From contig CAWGMQ010000004.1 in NCBI GenBank assembly GCA_963823665.1, positions 1,344,001 to 1,408,000 of the forward strand: a DNA stretch of 64,000 nt, written 5' to 3'. Origin of the DNA: an uncultured Planctomycetota bacterium (GTDB taxonomy: Bacteria > Planctomycetota > Planctomycetia > Isosphaerales > Isosphaeraceae). The notes below the pieces were generated by a model. That model was not told where the DNA came from. It searched no databases and was given only the letters and a program-made list of their open reading frames with translations. Position numbers and translations under genes: made by a program. Shown piece after piece: positions 20,867 through 31,900 of the stretch; the first letter of the stretch is position 1, and every line of letters begins with the position of its first letter.

Positions 20867-21418
20867 ATGGCGCAGCCCGACGAAGATAAGCCTCCCATCG
20901 ACAAGCTACCGGCAGCGGAATTGTTGCCGATTCTTTATGACGAGCTGCGCCGACTGGCGGCGTCGTTGACAGCCGGGCTACCGCCGGGCCGGACTCTCCA
21001 GCCGACGGCCTTGGTCCACGAGGCATATCTCCGCCTGGTCAGAGGCAAGGATCCCGGCTGGGAAGGGCGGCGACACTTTTTCGGCGCGGCCGCGCAGGCG
21101 ATGCGTGAGATTCTGATTGAACAGGCCCGCCGTAAGGCGAGCTTCAAGCACGGAGGCCAGGCTCGTCGCGTCGATCTGGCGGAAGGAATGGCGTGGATCG
21201 AGCCGCCAAGCGGCGATCTGCTCGCCCTGGACGAAGCCATCCAGCAGCTTCAGGCAGAAGATGCGCGGCTGGGAGAGATCGTTCAGCTCCGCTATTACAC
21301 CGGGCTCACCATCGAAGAAACCGCCAATGTGCTCGGCGCATCGGTAAGCACACTCAAGCGCGATTGGCGGTATGCGCGGGCCTGGCTGGCGCGGCAGCTC
21401 GGCGAAAGCCCCCCTTGA
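20867..21418 (+). CDS. ECF sigma-70 factor (planctomycete TIGR02999-like)
   Basis: LYDELRRLA, TLQPTALVHEAYLRL, HFFGAAAQAMREIL, KRDWRYARAWL. Confidence 0.93.
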   Translation: MAQPDEDKPPIDKLPAAELLPILYDELRRLAASLTAGLPPGRTLQPTALVHEAYLRLVRGKDPGWEGRRHFFGAAAQAMREILIEQARRKASFKHGGQARRVDLAEGMAWIEPPSGDLLALDEAIQQLQAEDARLGEIVQLRYYTGLTIEETANVLGASVSTLKRDWRYARAWLARQLGESPP

Positions 21419-21459
21419 GCGGAGACTCTCTCGGAATCGCGCGAGCGATCGGCGAACCC

Positions 21460-24400
21460 ATGAATGAGCCCCATCACCTGCGCGTGAGGTCCCTGTTCGC
21501 GCAAGCTGCCGACCTCGCGCCGGATGAGCGCAGTGCCTTCCTCGACGCAGCCTGTCGCGGCGAACCCGGTCTTCGCGCCGAAGTCGAAGAATTACTGGCT
21601 TATGACGCCGCTTCGGGCGGCGATCAGGATGACGACGGCTTCTTGAAAAGCCCGGTGCTTCGAGCGCCGGAGCAAGCGCCCGCCGAATCATCAACTCCGC
21701 CCGATCGAGAAGCGTCGGGGCTGCCCGTTCATATTGGCCGCTATCGCATCCTCCGTTTTCACGGCGAAGGGGGCATGGGCACGGTCTATCAAGCCGAACA
21801 GGACAACCCGCGACGCACCGTCGCCCTTAAGGTCATCAGGCCCGGAGTGATCTCACCTGACGTCGTCAAGCGGTTTCACCATGAAGCTCAGATTCTGGGC
21901 CGGCTCCAGCATGTGGGAATCGCCCAGGTCCATGAAGCGGGCGTGGACGAAAAGGGCCAACCGTTCTTCGCCATGGAATTCATCGATGGCATGCCCCTGG
22001 ACGAATACGTTCGCGCTCGCGATCTGGACGCGGCGGCGCGGCTGGAGCTTGTGGCGCTCGTGTGCGACGCGTTGCAACACGCCCACGACAAGGGGGTCGT
22101 TCATCGCGACTTGAAGCCCGGCAACATCCTGGTCGATGATTCCGGCCAGCCCAAGGTGCTCGATTTTGGCGTCGCCCACGTGACGGCGCCCGGCCTGCTT
22201 TCCACGTTCAGGCAAACCCAGACCGGCCAACTGCTAGGCACCTTGAGCTACATGAGCCCGGAACAGATCGCCGCCGATCCGTCCGCACTCGACGGCCGCT
22301 CGGATGTCTATAGCCTGGGAGTGATTCTGTTCGAGCTCCTGGCGCACCGCCTGCCTTACAACCTTGAGCAGTTGCCGATGCACGAGGTTGCACGGGTGAT
22401 CCAGCAACAAGAGCCATCGCGCTTGGGCTCGGTCGATACGCTTTACCGGGGCGACATCGAGATCATCGCGGCGAAAGCGCTCGAGAAAGACAAGACACAG
22501 CGCTACGCGACCGCAGCGCAACTGGCGTCGGACATCAGGCGCTATCTGCACGGCGAGGCGATCCTGGCCCGTCCTCCGTCGGCCCTCTATCAGCTCAGGA
22601 AGTTCGCTCGGCGCCACAAGGCGATCGTGGCGAGCCTGGCCGGCATCTTCGCGACGCTCTTGATTGGAACAGCGGTCTCGATTTTCTTTGCAGTCCGCGC
22701 CGCAGAGAATGCACGAGTCGCGAGCGAACGAGAACGCGCCGCCACCTACCAGACCTACCGGGCCCGCATCGGGGCCGCGGTGGCAGCGCTCGGGCGACAC
22801 GACGTCGCCGACGCCGCCGGCCAGCTTGAGGCGGCCCCGCAGGCGCTGCGCGGGTGGGAATGGCAACATCTGCGCTCCCGGCTCGACGATAGCACGTCCG
22901 TCGTTCGCGCGGCCCCTGGCGAGTCGCTACTCCTCGCCAATCTCGGCAAAGACATCGGGTTCGCAGCACTGACGCCGGCCGGCCTTCGCGTCACCGACCT
23001 GGAAGGCAAAGTTCTGTTTTCGCACGCGTACTCTGCGGGCAGTCGCTCGTCGAATCATCCCGCGATGCCAGCCTGGAATGGGCTCCAGCTCGTCGACTGC
23101 ACCGGCGACACCTGGGCTCGTCAACCCGTTTTGGCACAGCCACGATCCCATGATGCCGACGTCTCGCCGCTGCGGGATGCCGGGGGGTGCGTTCGAGCGC
23201 CCGTTGATGGGCCGGCTGGAGCGTATGCCTACCTGGTCGCGGGCAGCCCCGACGGAGGGCGAGTGGCCGTAGTTTGGATTGGCCCCAATCGTTGGGATTT
23301 CGGGCTTTATGAATCTCATTCGGGCAAAACTATCGCGATTTCCGCAGAAGACATCGGTGACACCTGGGACATGGCCGCAAGCCCCGACAGCTCGCGCATC
23401 GCCACCGGCGGCGAAGATGGAATCGTGCGTTTGTGGGAGACGTCGACCGGCAAGCTGACCGCCCTCTGCCGTGGGCACGCCCGCAAGGTGCTCGGCCTGG
23501 CGTTTCGCCCCGATAGCCGGCGCTTGTTGTCGGCCTCGGCGGATGGCACAGTTCGGCAATGGGACGCCGCGACAGGCCAGGAGGTGGGGCCGCCATATGA
23601 ACGCCACACGGGAGAAGTTCTCACCGCGGCCTACAGCCCCGACGGCGATTGGGTCGCCTCGGGAGGCACGGATCGGACAGTCCGCGTATGGCAAGCAGGC
23701 AGCCGCCAGGACATCACCGTCCTTGAAGGCCATACCGGCAGCGTCAGCCAGGTGGCATTCGCCAAGGATGGTCGTCGGCTGGTGTCATCGAGCAATTGGG
23801 GGAGGCAGAATTACACCGAGGATCAGACGGTGCGCGTCTGGCGAGTCGACGAAAAAGCCGGCACCTCAGTACTTGTCGGCCACACCAGCTACATTTACCC
23901 GGTGGCGTACAGCCCGGACGGGAAATGGATCGCATCGGGCGGTTGGGACCGCACCGTACGCTTGTGGGACGCGGTGACCGGGGAAGAGTGCGCGGAGCTG
24001 CCTCATGCAGGATTCGTACGCGCGCTCGCATTCGGCCCCGACAGTTCGTGGTTAGTCTCCGGGTGCACTGGGGAAAGATCGCTGCACATCTGGAACACCG
24101 CGACGGCGCAGCTCGAGAAGGACTTTCCCGGGCCAGGAGGGATGCCGATACAAGCGATCGCGGTCAGCCAGGACGGGGCTTGCATCGCCGCGGCCGACGC
24201 AGACGGCAATGCGAGGATCAGGGCAACTGCCACGGGCGTGGTCGTGCACTCGTTCCGGGTGACCTCGCGCGGCGACAAGAAAGCGCTGGCGTTTAGCCCG
24301 GACGGACAGCTTCTGGCCGGCACAGGCGCGGACATCACGCAGATTGACATACGGAATACGCGGACGGGCGAGCGATCGGCTCGGCTTGCAGGCCATACGG

Positions 24401-24966
24401 GTGCCGTTTGCGGCGTCGCGTTCGGCGCAGACGGCCGCTTGCTGGCCTCGGCGAGCAGCGATCAGACGGTGCGCCTTTGGGACGTGGCCGCGGCCAGATG
24501 CGCTCTCGTGCTGACGGGGCATACCGATCAGGTGTACTCGGTTGCGTTCCATCCGGACGGGACAAGGCTGGCGTCGGCCGGCCGCGACCGTGCTGTCTGG
24601 GTTTGGGATCTGGCGACAGGCCTGGACGTGGCCCGGCTGGACGGTCACGCAAACTACGTCTTCTCCCTGGCCTTCAGCCCAGATGGCAAGACCATCGCCT
24701 CGGGTTCTGGCGACGGCACGGTGAGGCTCTGGGACTCTGAGCCACCCGCCCCGCGCTATCGAGCCCGTCGCGAGGCGGAGGCCCTGCGCCCCGAGGCCGA
24801 CCGCCTGGTGGCGGCGCTATGGAAGGAAAACGGTTCCGATGCGGTCAAGGTTGTGGCCGCCTTGCACTCGGATCGATCGCTCAGCGATCCACTCAGAAAC
24901 GCTGCCTTACGCGCCGTGCTACGACAGTCCACCGCCAGCGCCAAAGCGGCACGCCCCGGTAGCTAG
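21460..24966 (+). CDS. Ser/Thr protein kinase with WD40 repeats
   Basis: GEGGMG, HRDLKPGN, DFG, GTLSYMSPEQ; hydrophobic segment; many GH...W[D/E] WD40 repeats. Confidence 0.93.
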   Translation: MNEPHHLRVRSLFAQAADLAPDERSAFLDAACRGEPGLRAEVEELLAYDAASGGDQDDDGFLKSPVLRAPEQAPAESSTPPDREASGLPVHIGRYRILRFHGEGGMGTVYQAEQDNPRRTVALKVIRPGVISPDVVKRFHHEAQILGRLQHVGIAQVHEAGVDEKGQPFFAMEFIDGMPLDEYVRARDLDAAARLELVALVCDALQHAHDKGVVHRDLKPGNILVDDSGQPKVLDFGVAHVTAPGLLSTFRQTQTGQLLGTLSYMSPEQIAADPSALDGRSDVYSLGVILFELLAHRLPYNLEQLPMHEVARVIQQQEPSRLGSVDTLYRGDIEIIAAKALEKDKTQRYATAAQLASDIRRYLHGEAILARPPSALYQLRKFARRHKAIVASLAGIFATLLIGTAVSIFFAVRAAENARVASERERAATYQTYRARIGAAVAALGRHDVADAAGQLEAAPQALRGWEWQHLRSRLDDSTSVVRAAPGESLLLANLGKDIGFAALTPAGLRVTDLEGKVLFSHAYSAGSRSSNHPAMPAWNGLQLVDCTGDTWARQPVLAQPRSHDADVSPLRDAGGCVRAPVDGPAGAYAYLVAGSPDGGRVAVVWIGPNRWDFGLYESHSGKTIAISAEDIGDTWDMAASPDSSRIATGGEDGIVRLWETSTGKLTALCRGHARKVLGLAFRPDSRRLLSASADGTVRQWDAATGQEVGPPYERHTGEVLTAAYSPDGDWVASGGTDRTVRVWQAGSRQDITVLEGHTGSVSQVAFAKDGRRLVSSSNWGRQNYTEDQTVRVWRVDEKAGTSVLVGHTSYIYPVAYSPDGKWIASGGWDRTVRLWDAVTGEECAELPHAGFVRALAFGPDSSWLVSGCTGERSLHIWNTATAQLEKDFPGPGGMPIQAIAVSQDGACIAAADADGNARIRATATGVVVHSFRVTSRGDKKALAFSPDGQLLAGTGADITQIDIRNTRTGERSARLAGHTGAVCGVAFGADGRLLASASSDQTVRLWDVAAARCALVLTGHTDQVYSVAFHPDGTRLASAGRDRAVWVWDLATGLDVARLDGHANYVFSLAFSPDGKTIASGSGDGTVRLWDSEPPAPRYRARREAEALRPEADRLVAALWKENGSDAVKVVAALHSDRSLSDPLRNAALRAVLRQSTASAKAARPGS

Positions 24967-25052
24967 AAACGCGCGCTTCTTGTCGCAGACGTCGTCCAGG
25001 GCGTATGAGCCGCTTCGCGGAGCGACAGGCCACACCGTGTGCTGCGCAGCGG

Positions 25053-25440
25053 CTACCCAGCTTTTTTCAGGCCTTTCTCGCGCGGCTCCAAGACGCCCGA
25101 TAGCCAGTGCATGATGTTCAGGGCCATCTGGCGGTTGTCCAGACCCGGCACGTTCATGCCGAATCGCTCGTTGCCGATGCGCTGGGCCGAGAGCTCGGCC
25201 GCTTCGCCCATGACGACCACCCGGCCCTTGCCGAAGGGGAATGCGATCCCCTGGGCCCGTCCGGCGGCGGACTTGGGATTGCCATCCTCTCCCGCGTCGA
25301 CCGCGGTATCGCCGAGCTTCAGAATGGCGACACTCCCGGCCGGCCCTTTGAGCGACTGACCGGTAAAGGTCTGGATGCGATTGATCCTTTCGGAATCGTC
25401 CCGACCCTTCATGATCGGGTGATCGCCAAGGACGTTGTTT
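25053..25440 (-). pseudogene. C-terminal fragment of a DUF4350-like protein
   Basis: HPIMKGR..TFTGQSLKGP..GKGRVVVMGEAAELSAQ..DNRQMALNIMHWLS; no N-terminus. Confidence 0.6.
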
Positions 25441-25739
25441 ACGGTGGGCCCAGCATCTCGCGGTAGGCCGTGCGCTGGGTTTCGCTCAAGACTCGCTCGA
25501 TGCGCGAGATGACTGAATCCCAGGCTTTCCTGGCTGCTTCGCGGGTCTTTTTCTTGGCCGCTTTGAATTCCTGGGTCTCGACCAGCTTCTTGATCGACTC
25601 GGGGGAGGGCGCTCCATCCTTCGGGTCGAGGACGATCGGAAGTTCGGCCGCCTTACTGATCTCGGCGTTCCCCTCTGCGGCGATCGCTCTGATCTGCTTG
25701 ATCTGGTCGTCCGTGAGTTTGAGCCGATCGATCGGATCG

Positions 25740-26035
25740 GGACCTTTTGATCTCGTCCGGCTTGCTCGTGGCGGTGGAGAGCTCGATCAGCCTGTCCAGG
25801 ACTTCGGGGAGGCGAGTGCCGGCCTGTGGTGGGATCGTCTTCTCCCGCTCCTTCATTCCCTCGTAGCCCTTCCGCAAGAGCGGTCAGGCATCGGCGTATT
25901 TCTTCTGGCCCAGCAAGGCGCCGCCGACCATTGACTGCGTGCTGAAGGTGGACCAAAGGTCGGGCTGTGCTTTCTCGCGGATGGCCAGGCATTCACGGAG
26001 GATTGGTTCGGCCTCGGTCCATTTCTTTTGCCCGA
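25740..26035 (-). pseudogene. TPR-tail fragment of a planctomycete kinase, with in-frame stop
   Basis: LGQKKWTEAEPILRECLAIRE...LLGQKKYADA*PLLRKGYEGMKERE...LDRLIEL. Confidence 0.7.
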
Positions 26036-26235
26036 GGAGGCGGGTTGGCACCCGGGGCTGCCTTCCGCGCGCCTTCGCCTGATGCATTATCGCGAAGGCC
26101 CTGCCACTTGCACGCGAGGTCGAGTAGAGCGATCATCGGTTCGATGTGTCCGAAGACATGGAGCAACCACCTCCAAGACCCGCGGACCTCTGTCATCTCT
26201 CTTTTTTCCCTGACTCGTCGCCGTGGAGAGAACTT

Positions 26236-28752
26236 ATGCCCGGTCCGAAGACTTTGATCAGGTTTTTCCTTGGCATGCTTCTTGCCTCGATAGCCCCTGC
26301 ACCCATCGGCGCTCAAACGAACGCGCCGTCGCCGGCCCGTACCGATTCCTTGGGCTACAACTTGCCCCCAGACAATATCTTGTCGGTCATGCGCTCGCCC
26401 TCCCCGCCCGTCCCCCTCGTAAGCCCAACCGATGAGACCATTCTCCTCGTCACTTGGCAGGACTATCCCTCCATCGCTCGCGTGGCTACGCCTTTCCTGC
26501 GCCTGGCTGGTGTTCGTGTCGAGCCCAAGAATCACAGCAGGCACGATACTCGCGGCGGCTACGGCATCACTCCCTGTGCCACGGGCTTTGAACTGGTTCG
26601 AGTCGCCGATGGCAAGCAAACTCCCGTCCCGCTTCCCACCGGCATGTGCCCCGGGAATCCCGTCTGGGCCGCCGACGGGAAACACTTCGCCTTCGTCAAC
26701 ATTGCTTCCGATTCCGTCCAGCTCTGGATTGGCGACGCTAGTACCGGCAGCGTGAAACAGGTTGCCGGTGTTCATCTCAACCCCACGTTCAACGAAGAAA
26801 TGCAATGGATGCCCGATCAGAAAACGCTTCTCGTCAAGCTTGTGCCTGAGTCCAACCATGGCGCATCGCAAGAGGTGAATGAGCTCTCCAGTCCGAGTAT
26901 CCAGGAAACCAGCGCGCAAAAAGGCCAGAGCAGCACCTACGAAGCTCGCGACACCCTCCGCAGCGCGCGCGACGAAAACCTTTTCGATTTCTTCGCGCTC
27001 TCGCAACTCGCTTTCGTCGATTCCGCCACCCTCACCGTCACGCCCTTCGGTAAGCCCGCCAATTTTAAATCACTCGATCCCGCCCCGGACGGACACCACA
27101 TCCTCGTGACGACCATACACAAGCCTTACTCCTATCTCGTAACCTACGATCGCTTCCCCAGCGAAGTCGAAGTTTGGGACACCTCCGACCGCTTGAACGT
27201 CACCGTTGCCACCATCGCCTCGCTTCCGATGGCCGATCGCGTTCCCATTCGCGGCGTTCCCACAGGTCCACGCCAATTCTCCTGGCGCTCCACCGAGCCC
27301 GCGACACTGATCTGGGCCGAAGCCCTCGACGGCGGCGACTGGAAGGTCAGCGTCCCCAATCGCGACAAGATTCTCCTTCAGAAAGCGCCTTTCACTTCTC
27401 CGGCTGCTGAAGTCGTGCGCACCGAACAGCGTTACGCCGGCTTCAAGTGGAGCGAGCAGCCGAGCATTGCTCTACTGGGTGAACACGACGGGAACCGCCA
27501 TTGGACCCGCACCTTTATCGTGGATGTCGACAATCCCCAGGCGAAGCCCCGGCTGCTCTGGGATTTATCCGAGGATGAGCATTACAAGAACCCCGGCTAT
27601 CCGGTTTACCGCCAGCTCTCTAACGGTGCGCGGGTCATCCGCCAGGACGCCGATTCCATCTTCCTCTCGGGGAACGGCTCCTCGCCTGACGGTGATCGCC
27701 CTTTCCTCGATCAACTCGATCTCAAAACCCTGAAAACAGACCGTCTCTTCCGCAGCGATAAGAATTGCTTCGAGCGTTTCCTCTCCTTCAACGGACCCGG
27801 TGCAAAAACCTTCCTCACCTGGCATGAATCCCCAACCGATCCCCCCAACGCCTTCACGCGCACCCTCGGCCCGTCTCGCGATGCGTCCGACGGCGAAGCC
27901 GTCTTCACTTCCACGGCCGTCGCCTTGACCCGCCTCCCGGACCCCACCCCCGAAGTACGCGCCATCAAGAAGCGCCTCGTCACCTACAAGCGCGCCGACG
28001 GTTTGGACCTGTCCTTCACCCTTTACACTCCGCCCGGCTACCAGGAGGGCGCGCGGCTCCCCACCATTCTTTATGCCTATCCGCTCGATTACGCCCAGGC
28101 CTCGGTTGCCGGCCAGGTTGTCGGCTCCCAGAAAACCTTCACCCGCTTGCGCGCTTATCGCCTTCTCTTGCTCGCCGGTTATGCCATCATTGACAACGCT
28201 TCGTTCCCGATCATCGGCGATCCCAAGAAAGCCTACGACACCTACCTCGAACAACTCGTCGCCGATGCCAAGGCCGCTGTCGATGAAGGCGTGCGCCTCG
28301 GTGTGGTCGACCCTGACCGCATCGGTGTCACCGGTCACAGCCACGGCGCCTTGATGACCGTGAATCTCATCGCTCATTCCGATCTCTTCCGCGCAGGTGT
28401 CGCCACGAGCGGCTCATACAACAAAACGCTCACGTCCTTCGGTTTCCAGAACGAGCGTCGCACCGTTTGGGAAGCCACCGACGTGTACTTGAAAGTCTCC
28501 CCGTTCTTCTACGCCCACAAATTGAAGACGCCGATTCTCATCATGCACGGCACCGAGGACGCCAACCCCGGCACCACTCCGTTGCAATCCACGATGCTCT
28601 ACGAAGCCGTTCGCGGCAACGGCGGCACCGCCCGCTTGGTGATGCTCCCCCACGAGCCGCACCGGTATACCGCCATGGAGTCCAACGAGCAGGAGGTCTA
28701 CGAGATGCTCCGCTGGTTCGACACCTACGTAAAGAACGCGCCTTCGCGCTAA
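26236..28752 (+). CDS. S9-family prolyl oligopeptidase-like exported peptidase
   Basis: Signal peptide; GHSHG nucleophile elbow, HGTEDAN (Asp), LPHEPH (His). Confidence 0.9.
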   Translation: MPGPKTLIRFFLGMLLASIAPAPIGAQTNAPSPARTDSLGYNLPPDNILSVMRSPSPPVPLVSPTDETILLVTWQDYPSIARVATPFLRLAGVRVEPKNHSRHDTRGGYGITPCATGFELVRVADGKQTPVPLPTGMCPGNPVWAADGKHFAFVNIASDSVQLWIGDASTGSVKQVAGVHLNPTFNEEMQWMPDQKTLLVKLVPESNHGASQEVNELSSPSIQETSAQKGQSSTYEARDTLRSARDENLFDFFALSQLAFVDSATLTVTPFGKPANFKSLDPAPDGHHILVTTIHKPYSYLVTYDRFPSEVEVWDTSDRLNVTVATIASLPMADRVPIRGVPTGPRQFSWRSTEPATLIWAEALDGGDWKVSVPNRDKILLQKAPFTSPAAEVVRTEQRYAGFKWSEQPSIALLGEHDGNRHWTRTFIVDVDNPQAKPRLLWDLSEDEHYKNPGYPVYRQLSNGARVIRQDADSIFLSGNGSSPDGDRPFLDQLDLKTLKTDRLFRSDKNCFERFLSFNGPGAKTFLTWHESPTDPPNAFTRTLGPSRDASDGEAVFTSTAVALTRLPDPTPEVRAIKKRLVTYKRADGLDLSFTLYTPPGYQEGARLPTILYAYPLDYAQASVAGQVVGSQKTFTRLRAYRLLLLAGYAIIDNASFPIIGDPKKAYDTYLEQLVADAKAAVDEGVRLGVVDPDRIGVTGHSHGALMTVNLIAHSDLFRAGVATSGSYNKTLTSFGFQNERRTVWEATDVYLKVSPFFYAHKLKTPILIMHGTEDANPGTTPLQSTMLYEAVRGNGGTARLVMLPHEPHRYTAMESNEQEVYEMLRWFDTYVKNAPSR

Positions 28753-28774
28753 CCCAAACGCGACTCTATTGAGC

Positions 28775-28870
28775 TGGAGCGAGGAAGAGTACCTCGTTCT
28801 GACCGACCACCGAAGCAGCCAGGTCCAGTTCACCGACGACTTTCTGGAAGTGCTGCCAATGCCCACTGAT
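28775..28870 (+). pseudogene. Uma2-family endonuclease N-terminal scrap
   Basis: Manual translation WSEEEYLVLTDHRSSQVQFTDDFLEVLPMPTD; no start or continuation. Confidence 0.55.
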
Positions 28871-28946
28871 ATTCGTCCCTTGTTTGAGGGCTTCCGAGGG
28901 TTTTCGTCAGATTGAGATCAGCGCCCTTCGGCATTGGAGCGGTTCC

Positions 28947-31900
28947 ATGAGTAGTCCTGCGCTCGTCGAATCGATTTTCTTCGCCGCGCTCGAGAAGAAA
29001 ACGACGGCAGAGCGAGCGAATTATCTGGACAAAGCCTGCGGCGCCGACCTCGCGCTTCGCCTCCGGGTGGAACGGCTGCTGGACGCCCATCCTCGAGCGG
29101 AACAATACCTGGCCCAGCCTGCCGTCGATCGCGATGCCTTCGATCCACACGACGCGGCGCTGGACTCGAAGAGTCTCGCTTCGACGAGCCGCTCCCAATC
29201 AATCCCACAGAATCCCAGCGCACGTGACGCCTTGTCCGACACGTTCGCCGACGAGCATGACGGAGGTGGGGCCGCCCCAGCCGCATCCGACGCCAGAATC
29301 GACCAAACACGGCACGGGTCCGCGCCGATTGAGCGAGCCGACTTGAACGGAGCCACCCGCGACCTGCCGCGCACGGAACCTGGTCGTGTCGGCATGGGTG
29401 TGTTCGACGAGACCGGCCAGATCAGCCTGACCGGAACCATCGGCGTCCAGGACGGTGATCGTTCACGGGTCGGGCGCTATCGGGTCATTCGTCGGCTCGG
29501 ACAGGGCGGGTTCGGCACGGTCTATCTTGCACGCGACGACGATCTCGATCGCCCGGTGGCCGTCAAGGTGCCGAACCGGGAACGAATCACTCGCGCCGAG
29601 GATGTCGAGGCGTTCCTTGTTGAAGCCCGAACCCTCGCCAAACTCGACCATCCCAACATCGTGCCGGTCTTCGATGTGGGTCGCGCGGAAGACGGGCTCT
29701 GCTTCGTGGTCTCGAAGTTCGTCGAAGGGAGCGACCTGTCGGTCAGGATGGAACAGGGGCGACCGTCCTTCCGGGATTCGGCGCACCTGGTTGCAGCCGT
29801 CGCCCTTGCCTTGCACTACGCCCACACCCGAGGGCTGGTTCATCGGGACATCAAGCCCGCCAACATCCTGATCGACGCCGCAGGCAAACCCTGCGTGGCG
29901 GACTTCGGTCTCGCCCTCAAGGATGAAGACTTCGGCAAGCGCGGGGGGATGGCTGGCACACCGGCTTACATGAGTCCCGAGCAAGCCAGGGGCGAAGGCC
30001 ACCGCGTGGATGGGAGATCGGATATCTTCAGCCTGGGTGTCGTGCTCTACCAGTTGTTGACCGCGGAGAGACCATTCGGAGGTGATTCTCTGCTCGAAAT
30101 CATCGAGTCGGTCAAGACCGCCGAGCCTCGTCGGCCCCGTCAGATCGATGACACCATCCCCAGGGAACTGGAGCGGATCAGTCTCAAAGCGCTCGCGAAG
30201 CGGGCTGCCGAGCGGTACACAACTGCCGCGGACATGGCTGAGGACTTGAGGCACTTCCTGGATCATGCGGATAGTCCCGCCGTCTCGTCAAATCCACCGC
30301 TTATCGAACTGCTCTCTCCCGGCACGGCCCAGGAACGCGCACTCCGGCCAGCCACTACCAGCACATTGGCCTCGGAACAGCGCCCGATCAAGATCATCCC
30401 CAAGGGCCTTCGCTCCTTCGACGAGCATGATGCCGACTTCTTCCTCGGACTGGTTCCAGGACCGCGCGACCGCGATGGTCTGCCGGAGAGCGTTCGCTTC
30501 TGGAAGAAACGCATCGAGTCCACCGACTCCGAGAAGACGTTCCGGGTGGGTCTGATCTATGGCCCCTCGGGTTGCGGTAAGTCGTCGCATGTCAAGGCAG
30601 GCGTGCTGCCGCGACTGGCGAGGCATGTCTTGCCGGTCTACATCGAGGCAACCCCGGAAGAGACGGAGAGCAGGCTGCTGAACGGACTGCGGAAAGTCAG
30701 CCACGACCTGCCGCCAGAGGCGGACCTGGTCGATTCCCTGGCGGAGATTCGCACGGGACGATCGCTTCCCGCCGGTCAGAAAGTCCTGCTGGTCCTGGAC
30801 CAGTTCGAGCAGTGGCTCCATGCCAGACGAGGAGCCCAGAACATGGAGCTGGTCACCGCCTTGCGGCAATGCGACGGCGAGCACGCGCAGGCGATTGTGA
30901 TGGTTCGGGATGATTTCTGGATGGCGGCAACTTCGTTCTTCGACGACCTGGAGACCGAGCTGATCCTTCGACAAAATGCCGTTGCCGTCGATCTCTTCGA
31001 GCCTCGTCATGCCCGCAGAGTGCTGAAGGCGCTAGGGACCGCCTACGGGAACTTGCCGGCGCGGACGGTCGATATTTCCCGCGACCAAAACGCTTTCCTG
31101 GATCAAGCCATCTCCGGCTTGACCCAGGACGGGAAAATCATCTCAGTGCAGTTGGCTCTCTTCGCCGAGATGGTCAAAGGGAAGCCCTGGGCCAAGACCA
31201 CGCTCACGGAGGTCGGTGGAATCCAAGGACTGGGATCAACCTTCCTGGAAGAGACCTTCAGCGGCTCGACCGCCCGTCCCGAACATCGACTCCACCAGAA
31301 TGCCGCCCAGGCGGTGCTGAAAGCCTTGGTTCCCGAGAGCGGCATAGACATCAAGCGGCAAATGAGATCCCGTCAAGAGTTGCTCGAAGCGTCCGGTTAT
31401 GCGAACCACGCCGGGGACTTCGATGAGCTGATCCATATCCTCGACCACGAGCTTCGCCTGATCACGCCCACCGACCCGGAAGGAAGTGCTTTTCGCGGAG
31501 GGCGGGGGGCGGACGACGCAGGGCCGAAGAATGAAGACGCGGCGCCGCAGGTTGACCGTGACGACTCATCCTTGCCCGGTCCGTCGTCAGTCCTCCATCC
31601 TCCGTCCTCCGCCATCCGTTGCTACCAGCTAGCGCACGATTATCTGGTTCACTCCCTGCGCGACTGGCTGACGCGCAAGCAGCGGGAAACGCGGCGCGGA
31701 CGGGCCGAGCTGCGGTTGGCGGATGGTGCAGCGGTGTGGAGTGCCCGCCCTGAGAATCGGCAACTCCCATCGCTGCTGGCGTGGCTCAACATCCGGTGGT
31801 GGACGCAGAAGAAAAACTGGACCCTGCCGCAGCGGAAGATGATGGCGAAAGCGGGCAAGTACCACGCGCTGCGGGGGATGGTGGTGGGTGTCCTGCTGGC

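Noticed and set aside
28905..29350. Antisense peptide HGTAPMPKGADLN resembling sense HGSAPIERADLN
   Set aside because: Short, gapped and weak at the DNA level; cannot be distinguished from chance
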